A stretch of 64,000 nt of DNA from the IMG/VR virus record IMGVR_UViG_3300032323_000939, positions 31,506 through 95,505 of that record; one strand, written 5' to 3'. Both the position numbers and the translations under genes were made by a program. This DNA is from a virus. This document shows positions 57,664 to 64,000 of the stretch, in pieces (position 1 is the first letter of the stretch; every line of letters starts with the position of its first letter). A model generated the notes under the pieces. That model worked only from the letters and a program-made list of their open reading frames with translations. It was not told the DNA's origin and ran no database searches.

Positions 57664-57801
57664 GTTGAATAGGCGTTAACGCAGGGTTATGTGGGTTTCT
57701 TTCATTCCCCACTCCTTACCTGCGAAGGGCGGTCAAGACTTCCCTTGTTGGTTCACATTCCTTTTGAACAATGGAACGAGCCGTATCTGCGCCTATTCAA
57801 C
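57664..57801 (+). ncRNA. candidate multi-stem small RNA
   Basis: perfect 12-bp closing stem GTTGAATAGGCG/CGCCTATTCAAC enclosing three hairpins. Confidence 0.55.
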
Positions 57802-57826
57802 TTCCTAATTAGAACTGGAGTTAGTT

Positions 57827-57988
57827 ATGGAACGAGATCAAAAAATAGTTGTAATGCGCTTAATGGGTTTCAACTTAAAACAAGTTGCTCAATTTTTTGG
57901 GTTAACTAGATTAGAAGTTCGCAAAATTGAAAGTAATTGGCTACAAAATAAAGCCACTAAATCAGAAATAGGAGTAAAAGATGTATGA
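57827..57988 (+). CDS. sigma70 region-4-like HTH protein, 53 aa
   Basis: MERDQKIVVMRLMGFNLKQVAQFFGLTRLEVRKIE...; GGAG RBS. Confidence 0.6.
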   Translation: MERDQKIVVMRLMGFNLKQVAQFFGLTRLEVRKIESNWLQNKATKSEIGVKDV

Positions 57989-58187
57989 CGAAGTGCTTGA
58001 TGAAAGTTTATTCGATCAAACATTCGACACCGACCCACTATGTAATTGTGAGTGCGGTTGTGAAGTTCCAGTATCAGGACAATGTGTTGATTGCTCAGAA
58101 AACAACGGACATCAAAATAACAATGGGTTTCCAAAATACGATCAACTTAACGAAGCAACTATCAAATACTTAAAGGGGAAAAAATGA
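57981..58187 (+). CDS. small Cys-rich protein
   Basis: 'CNCECGC......CVDC'. Confidence 0.6.
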   Translation: MYDEVLDESLFDQTFDTDPLCNCECGCEVPVSGQCVDCSENNGHQNNNGFPKYDQLNEATIKYLKGKK

Positions 58188-58516
58188 GCGACAACTTAAA
58201 CCAAGATCAAAAAGATTTAATTAATTCGGTTAAATTCGCAACTGAGTTTTTAAAGATTATTCGTGGATTTAAAGTAGATCAACAACGCACCGATAGCCTT
58301 CCAGTTGAGGTTAAAGAATATATAGCGAATGAGCATCTAAATACTTTAATTGCCGATCATGGATTAGAGCCTGAGATGTTAGTTTGGGGATTAGTTCACA
58401 TAATTGAAGTCTTATTACGAACAAGTGAAATAAGTCCTGATGATCTTGTAATAATTATGGAACAGTATGTAGATTTTGTTAAAGATAGACCCGATTATTT
58501 TGGAGAGGATAAATGA
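58184..58516 (+). CDS. hypothetical protein
   Basis: 110 aa, ATGA coupled. Confidence 0.7.
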   Translation: MSDNLNQDQKDLINSVKFATEFLKIIRGFKVDQQRTDSLPVEVKEYIANEHLNTLIADHGLEPEMLVWGLVHIIEVLLRTSEISPDDLVIIMEQYVDFVKDRPDYFGEDK

Positions 58517-58806
58517 GCCAATCAGCACGATTAACAAACAAAGCAATATCTTTATCTATGCCTACACCAAGAAAAATTGATGAAGCACCATGCCAATCAA
58601 CTGACCCTGAAACATTCTTTACTGACCCAACAGAAACAGAAAAGATTGTTTTAGCAAAAACATTTTGCGATAGATGCCAACCAGTAAATAAACATGCTTG
58701 TTTATCTTTCGCATTAAATAACAAAGTTAAATACGGAATTTGGGGTGGACTAACTCCTGATGAAAGACAAACTTTAATTCGCAGACAGAGTAGGAGTAAA
58801 AAATGA
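58513..58806 (+). CDS. whiB: WhiB-family Fe-S transcription factor
   Basis: four Cys 'C...DPETFF...AK.FC.RC.....CL..AL' and 'GIWGGLTPDER'. Confidence 0.92.
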   Translation: MSQSARLTNKAISLSMPTPRKIDEAPCQSTDPETFFTDPTETEKIVLAKTFCDRCQPVNKHACLSFALNNKVKYGIWGGLTPDERQTLIRRQSRSKK

Positions 58807-59041
58807 GATGTAAAGAGTGCGGTGCGATTATTGACTATTCGGGAAGTAATGACGGCATCTACTGGGCTTGCCAAGATTGCGGTGCTAACACAGATAGGGA
58901 ACTTGATTAATGAACTTACCTTACGCAAAAAACCAAGTTGTAATTGAAGTTAGTGGCGGTGTAGCAGAGTTAGTGCGTTGCCCTGACGGAATTGAAGTTG
59001 TAATTATCGATCACGATAACGAAATGAATGGAGAATAATTA

Positions 59042-59524
59042 ATGGTTAATACATTCGTTCCTTATTCAGATTTTGTTAAATCTGCTAAGGCTCTTGATTA
59101 CAGGCGATTAGGTAAACAAAGAGTTGAGGCGTGGCAAATACTTCGAGCCTTGCTTGGATTAACTAAGGGCTGGGTTAATCACCCAGCATCAGTTATGTGG
59201 CGTGGGCATGAGAAGGCTCTATGTGAATATGGAATTGCGATCTGCCAAGAATGGATAGGTCGTGGCTATAAAGACACCATGTTGCCTAATTTTGTGGCTA
59301 TACATGCCACGCTACCTGATACTGGATTGCCGTTTTGGATTGGTAATTCGGAACTTCACAATTCGCATCAATCAAACTTAAAGCGCAAAGATGCTGAGTA
59401 TTACCAATTCAATGTGCCAACAGACATGCCCTATCTATGGGCAGATGCTCAAAATAAAACTACAAAGTGGGGAACTAAACCTGATGAAAATAAATCTAAA
59501 AAGAAAGTTAGGAAAAAACTATGA
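59042..59524 (+). CDS. pyrimidine-dimer DNA glycosylase/endonuclease V-like (MSMEG_6728-type)
   Basis: 'TFVPY.DF..SA..LD.RRLGKQRVEA.QI', 'HPA..MW.G', 'SHQSNL.RKD..YY'. Confidence 0.8.
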   Translation: MVNTFVPYSDFVKSAKALDYRRLGKQRVEAWQILRALLGLTKGWVNHPASVMWRGHEKALCEYGIAICQEWIGRGYKDTMLPNFVAIHATLPDTGLPFWIGNSELHNSHQSNLKRKDAEYYQFNVPTDMPYLWADAQNKTTKWGTKPDENKSKKKVRKKL

Positions 59525-59709
59525 GCGATTGGCTTACAAATACCGACATAGCAAAACTAACTGGATTAAAAATAGAAACTCTACATACCTATCGAAGTCG
59601 CAACACCCTTCCCAAACCCGACAAATACATGGGGAGAACTCCAGTTTGGAAACTGGAAACCATAAAGAGTTGGGTATCAGATCGAGAATTGGAGATAACT
59701 AATGACTAA
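59521..59709 (+). CDS. AlpA/excisionase-like HTH protein
   Basis: 'LT..DIA..TGL...TL..Y.....LPKPD...GRTPVW...TI..W'. Confidence 0.75.
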   Translation: MSDWLTNTDIAKLTGLKIETLHTYRSRNTLPKPDKYMGRTPVWKLETIKSWVSDRELEITND

Positions 59710-59724
59710 AAAGGAGATCAAGTA

Positions 59725-60249
59725 ATGGGGTTAGACATGTATCTATACGCAAATAAATACCTCAACAATGAAAATGTAGATCAGATTAAAAAACTAGCAG
59801 GAACTAATAATTTACCTAATCAAAATGGAACTGAAAGTATCTATATCCGACAATTAGTTGGTTATTGGCGCAAAGTTAATGCGGTTCATGGTTGGTTCAT
59901 TAATAAGATTGCTAGTGGCGTTGATGAGTGCCAAGAACTTTATATAAGCAGGGAACAACTAGAACAATTACGACAAGATTGTATTGTTGCGTTGGCTAAT
60001 CCTGAGCGTAATTATGAGATTGAAAATCAAAAAGTTTTTTATCAATTATGCGATTATTTAAACAAATTGGAAACTCCAGTTAATTTAGCAAATTACAATA
60101 ATCCAGTTCCACCAGTTGAAGGATTTTTCTTTGGTGGTAATGAATTAAGCGATTATTACTTTTCGCAACTGGAATACACGATTGATTTAATTACTAACTT
60201 GCTGGAATTAGATGATGATTTCAGTTTTCATTACCAAGCCAGTTGGTAG
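59725..60249 (+). CDS. conserved phage hypothetical protein
   Basis: 'MGLDMYLY', 'YWRK.NA.HGWF', 'GFFFG', 'YQASW'. Confidence 0.75.
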   Translation: MGLDMYLYANKYLNNENVDQIKKLAGTNNLPNQNGTESIYIRQLVGYWRKVNAVHGWFINKIASGVDECQELYISREQLEQLRQDCIVALANPERNYEIENQKVFYQLCDYLNKLETPVNLANYNNPVPPVEGFFFGGNELSDYYFSQLEYTIDLITNLLELDDDFSFHYQASW

Positions 60250-60252
60250 GAA

Positions 60253-60270
60253 CTAACTAACTAACTTTTC
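60253..60270 (+). repeat. 18-bp inverted repeat, left copy
   Basis: CTAACTAACTAACTTTTC is the reverse complement of 62447..62464. Confidence 0.7.
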
Positions 60271-60330
60271 TGGCGAATTCCAAAGTTAGTCCAAGCGCAT
60301 AAGCCAGCAGTTGCCTAGTCCGTATGTAAA

Positions 60331-60365
60331 GCCCCTAGCCCAATTCGGGTTAGGGGTTATTTTTT
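60331..60365 (+). terminator. rho-independent terminator
   Basis: GCCCCTAGCCC-AATTC-GGGTTAGGGGT followed by TATTTTTT. Confidence 0.75.
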
Positions 60366-60416
60366 GACCTGAAACCTACTGGTGAGTATACTCGCCAGTA
60401 GATTACTCGCCAGTAG
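60364..60416 (+). promoter_or_regulatory. sigma70-type promoter of the recombinase, overlapped by three 13-bp operator-like repeats
   Basis: TTGACC-N17-TATACT; TACTCRCCAGTAG at 60376-88 (inverted), 60389-401 and 60404-16. Confidence 0.7.
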
Positions 60417-60427
60417 GGGGGAAACTT

Positions 60428-61738
60428 ATGGCGTATGTATTGAAGCGTAATGGCAGATTTACTGGCTATTACAGGCATGGTAATAAGCGTTTATCCGTTG
60501 GCACATGGGCTAATAAGACCGAAGCCATGTATCACGCCATTCAAGCGGAGAAGCATGGCTCTATTGCCCCTTCAAAGGCTAATTTGAAGGTGGTTGATTT
60601 TGTAGATGATTGGCTGGCGGTTGCTGACCTCATGCCGATCACAAAAAAGGGCTATAAGTCGGTTTTAACTAGATTTGTAATTCCAGCCATAGGTGATCGG
60701 GAACTAACTTCGCTGAAGCCTTCAGAGTTAGTTAAGTTAATTGATGATCTGAAATTAAAGGGCGTGAAGCCAGCAACGCTTAATCAAGTTAAGGCATCTC
60801 TCGGCTCTATGTTTTCAAAGTTAGTTAGTGCTGGAAGGATTGAAGTTAATCCCACGCATGGAATTAAGATCAAGGTCAATCATGCCGACATCTCAAATGT
60901 GGTCGAACCTGATGAGTTCAAGGAGATAGTTAAGCACCTGCCGAATGAGGGGGCGCAGTTATTTGCTCAATTCCTAGTAGCAAGTGGTTGCCGATTTGGA
61001 GAAGCCACAGAAGTAAGAGCCAAAGACATAAATTTCAAAACTGGCGAAGTATTTATCCAAAGGCGAGTTAGTGAGATTGGCAGGGAATACAACAAGGGCA
61101 AGAGATTTCTAGTCGTAGATGCCACCAAATCAGGGCATAAGCGGTCAATAATGGTAAGTAAAGCCCTATTACAACAGGTAAAAGCGTATGTCCAAGCAAA
61201 AGGCATAGCAAAAGATGATTTGTTGTTTTCAAGGACATTGATAGCACCTAAGGCTATGGTTAAGGCAGATATTCGTGGCGCAAAGTCCTCTCGACCATTC
61301 GAGAAAGACGGAAAAAAGTTCCAGCATGGAACTCTCTACTCCTATACACATGGGGGTTGTCGGTGCGAAGGGTGTAGGCAAGCGGTAGGAAACCACCGCA
61401 AGGCACGAGCCCTAGCAGAAGGCATAGCAGAAGCAAAGCCATACCAAAAGGCGAAGCAGAAGCAGGTGAGTTTCATCAACCAAACGAGCCACTTGCCACG
61501 AAATGTCTGGAGAACTATCTGGAACAAAGCAATAGATAAGTCCGCAATCGGTTGGTTGCCTAGAACTCACGACTTACGACATGCCAACGCTACCCAGTTG
61601 TTAAAGAACGGGGTAGATGTCCATGAAGTAAAAGAGCGACTAGGACATCAATCGATCAAGACGACAGAGCGATACCTACATCGCCTTCGTTCACACCAGT
61701 CAAAGGCATCTGAAAGTGCCAACGACTATTTGGAGTGA
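60428..61738 (+). CDS. tyrosine recombinase/integrase
   Basis: 'SGCRFGE', 'TKS', 'HDLRH', 'LGHQSIKTTERY' catalytic residues. Confidence 0.92.
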   Translation: MAYVLKRNGRFTGYYRHGNKRLSVGTWANKTEAMYHAIQAEKHGSIAPSKANLKVVDFVDDWLAVADLMPITKKGYKSVLTRFVIPAIGDRELTSLKPSELVKLIDDLKLKGVKPATLNQVKASLGSMFSKLVSAGRIEVNPTHGIKIKVNHADISNVVEPDEFKEIVKHLPNEGAQLFAQFLVASGCRFGEATEVRAKDINFKTGEVFIQRRVSEIGREYNKGKRFLVVDATKSGHKRSIMVSKALLQQVKAYVQAKGIAKDDLLFSRTLIAPKAMVKADIRGAKSSRPFEKDGKKFQHGTLYSYTHGGCRCEGCRQAVGNHRKARALAEGIAEAKPYQKAKQKQVSFINQTSHLPRNVWRTIWNKAIDKSAIGWLPRTHDLRHANATQLLKNGVDVHEVKERLGHQSIKTTERYLHRLRSHQSKASESANDYLE

Positions 61739-62382
61739 TAATGAAAGCAAAAGCAAAGATAGAAAAAGCCGAAGCAGATGTTAAAGCACTAGCAAAAGCA
61801 TCAGCAAAGGTAATGGCAGAGCGTAAACGCTTAGCCAAAGCAAGAATAAAGGCACTAGGAATAGGTGGAGTTATTTTGGTTCTAGCAACTGGTTCATTGG
61901 CGTTTGGAACTTCCATAGCCTTTGCGCCAACTAAAGCCGAAGCAATATCCGCAGTTCACACAAAGAAAGAAGCAACTCTGTTGAAGTATCACAATGCCGA
62001 TACTTTGACTGACTTACATCTAGTTGAGTTGCTCTCTGCCGTAGGCTTCAAAGGTCAAGACCTTAAAGAAGCGTGGGCAGTTGTTATGAAAGAGTCAACT
62101 GGCAATCCTCTCAATCACAATGGAAATAGAAAGACAGGAGATAACTCCTACGGACTATTTCAAATTAATATGATTGATGGTTTAGGAGTAGCAAGACGGG
62201 AAAAATTTGGTTTAGAAAGTAATGCTGAATTGTTTAATCCTGTGGTCAATGCTCAGATTGCTTATCACATGAGTAATGGTGGTAAGAATTGGAGCGCATG
62301 GAAAGGAATGACGCCAAGAACTAAAGAGTGGTTGGCTAAGTTCCCAATAGACATGAAAGACAGAGTAGAAGCAAAATCATAA
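61735..62382 (+). CDS. membrane-anchored lysozyme-like / lytic transglycosylase
   Basis: TM segment, then 'AWAVVMKES.G', 'SYGLFQINM', 'NAQIAY.MS.GG.NWSAW'. Confidence 0.85.
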   Translation: MIMKAKAKIEKAEADVKALAKASAKVMAERKRLAKARIKALGIGGVILVLATGSLAFGTSIAFAPTKAEAISAVHTKKEATLLKYHNADTLTDLHLVELLSAVGFKGQDLKEAWAVVMKESTGNPLNHNGNRKTGDNSYGLFQINMIDGLGVARREKFGLESNAELFNPVVNAQIAYHMSNGGKNWSAWKGMTPRTKEWLAKFPIDMKDRVEAKS

Positions 62383-62430
62383 GCATAAGGAGAAGCCCTA
62401 TCAGAAGTGGTAGGGCTATCTCTGAACTAA

Positions 62431-62464
62431 CTCACCTGGCAGCCAGGAAAAGTTAGTTAGTTAG
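62431..62464 (+). repeat. CTCACCTGGC right copy plus 18-bp inverted repeat right copy
   Basis: CTCACCTGGC at 62431-40 inside CCTGGC-A-GCCAGG palindrome; GAAAAGTTAGTTAGTTAG at 62447-64. Confidence 0.65.
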
Positions 62465-62473
62465 GGGGCAGGT

Positions 62474-62839
62474 GTGGATAATCAACAATTCACTAACTTA
62501 TACGACCCTGTTCATCAGGGCTATCTAAAACATAAACAGAAGCAATACCAAGACTGGCATGATGATAGACCATATACAGAAGAATTATTTTGGAATACCT
62601 TAATTCACTTAGGTTGGCGTCAAAACCATAAAGAACAAAGACTTAAAGATGAGGTTAATCTTATTTTACAATTAATTTTAGAATGCCCTGATTGCAGTAA
62701 AGCAATCAAGACAGTTAATACCTCTAGCGTAGGTCAGGGTTCAAATACAGTAATGAATTTGTTAAAGGGCAATGAAGAGATAGAAAGACACCAGCAGTAC
62801 TATTGCGAAAGCAAAGCCATAGCAGAAGACAAGCAATAG
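62474..62839 (+). CDS. hypothetical protein
   Basis: 121 aa with CPDC. Confidence 0.55.
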   Translation: MDNQQFTNLYDPVHQGYLKHKQKQYQDWHDDRPYTEELFWNTLIHLGWRQNHKEQRLKDEVNLILQLILECPDCSKAIKTVNTSSVGQGSNTVMNLLKGNEEIERHQQYYCESKAIAEDKQ

Positions 62840-62857
62840 CAAAGCCATAGCAAAAGA

Positions 62858-64000
62858 CTATTGATTGTCTTTAATTAGCCTAACTTCACACGCATCAGTA
62901 GTGCAGTAAGCCTCACCAATAGCATCAGATGCCATACCAGCATACACACCAGCCAAATCAATTGGGAATAATTTCATTACTCCTTCGCTTTCATATTCTT
63001 CAGCAGTAATTTGTGTGTAAGGCATTTGAGGATAGGTAGCATTACCAGAAGGTAAGAAAGAAACCGTCTTTAGTTGACCATCGTACATATGCAAAGCCGT
63101 ACCAATAGCCGAAGCCTCTGTCTCTGGATTAAAAGAAATAGTTACAGACACAGAGTTGTCTGACCAGTATCTCTGAGCAGTAGCAGCAAGTGCCATCTTC
63201 TCATAGATGCTTACATCTTTTTCAGATCTCTTTGCTTTAGATTTAATAGGGAAGAATACAACTGAGGTAGTTTCAGGAGACTCAGATGCTGGTTCTACAC
63301 GATAGTTTGCCATCTTAAACAGTGGAAGCATTGGATCAGAGTTAGCAAAACGAATAGCACGATTAAAATACTCACCACCAACAGTCCAGTGAACTCCTGG
63401 ACTTTCACCAGCAAGGATAGAGACAGTTCCTGATGGCTTAACTGTGGTCATCTTAATTGATTCACGGATACCCAACCACTCTGAGTAGTTTGTATCGTAT
63501 TGTTTAATAGTTTGATATCCCTCATCCATCCATTGACGAAGAACTGGAAGACCCTTGTTATCAGCAAAGTTAGCCACACCCGATACTGAAGTACCAATGC
63601 GACGATTGCGTTGCATAATTGCGTTTGTCTCTTCCCAGTGAGTAGGAAGTAAAGTAACAGTTTTAGCGTATAGATAAGCAAACTTAAGTGTGCGTTTAAA
63701 ATCTTCAAGATTGTCATGACGATTTAAGTAAGTCTCTACCAAGGTGCAACACTCAAAAGACTCTAGTGATTGTTCAGCACATGGGTTGTATCCAGCAATA
63801 CGCCAATCTTTGTTATTAATTGGATCTGCAAGACGACCGTATTGTTTTGATATATCCATCCAAATAACCCCTGGCTCACCATTACGGGCAATGCCATCAA
63901 TTATGTTGTCTAAGTTATCTCCTACATTTACAGAGACAGAGTTGTTAGACATCCATGCCCAGCCTGGGTTTGATGGATCATACGAATTTCTATCAGGGAA
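62858..64000 (-). CDS. nrdJ: class II (adenosylcobalamin-dependent) ribonucleotide reductase, 5' part outside the window
   Basis: 'GEPG', 'NPCAEQ', 'RNRRIG', 'TTVKPSGTVS', C-terminal 'CTTDAC'. Confidence 0.9.
   Translation of the reverse strand, partial: FPDRNSYDPSNPGWAWMSNNSVSVNVGDNLDNIIDGIARNGEPGVIWMDISKQYGRLADPINNKDWRIAGYNPCAEQSLESFECCTLVETYLNRHDNLEDFKRTLKFAYLYAKTVTLLPTHWEETNAIMQRNRRIGTSVSGVANFADNKGLPVLRQWMDEGYQTIKQYDTNYSEWLGIRESIKMTTVKPSGTVSILAGESPGVHWTVGGEYFNRAIRFANSDPMLPLFKMANYRVEPASESPETTSVVFFPIKSKAKRSEKDVSIYEKMALAATAQRYWSDNSVSVTISFNPETEASAIGTALHMYDGQLKTVSFLPSGNATYPQMPYTQITAEEYESEGVMKLFPIDLAGVYAGMASDAIGEAYCTTDACEVRLIKDNQ

Noticed and set aside
60428-61738. Integrase as evidence that the window is a prophage in a host chromosome
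   Set aside because: Both flanks are phage-type genes; no host housekeeping block or tRNA att site is visible.
1-64000. Stop-codon reassignment, introns/inteins, tRNA genes
   Set aside because: Core genes are full length in code 11, all three stops are used, terminase/capsid and the visible part of NrdJ show no insertions, and no cloverleaf was seen by eye.

Overview
The whole window is part of the genome of a large contractile-tailed (myovirus-type) phage. Its host is most likely a low-GC freshwater Actinobacterium: it encodes WhiB, FmdB-type and DUF3263-like proteins and has leaderless TANNNT promoters. Positions 1-50.3 kb are a mostly minus-strand late region containing baseplate, tape measure, tube, sheath, collagen-like fibres, N4-gp56-type major capsid, scaffold, portal, terminase and lysis genes. 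That region is interrupted by a plus-strand glycosylation cassette (20.3-23.1 kb), a chain of 12 mostly translationally coupled micro-ORFs that are basic, Cys-rich or acidic (12.85-14.75 kb), and an array of small enzyme-like genes (ART-like, ParB-like, papain-like, GNAT), many starting with a shared N-terminal N-L-(S/G/N)-x(1-2)-Q-F tag (42.4-49 kb). Positions 50.35-62.44 kb form a plus-strand early-type block (MoxR/vWA, WhiB, HNH, tyrosine recombinase, lysozyme-like protein). It is bounded by a CTCACCTGGC direct repeat, and by eye it lacks GTAC, TGCA, ACGT, GGCC, CCWGG and GCNGC, which are common elsewhere. The window ends in a class II ribonucleotide reductase. I found no tRNA, rRNA or CRISPR array. 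All family calls come from motif recognition by eye, not from database searches.
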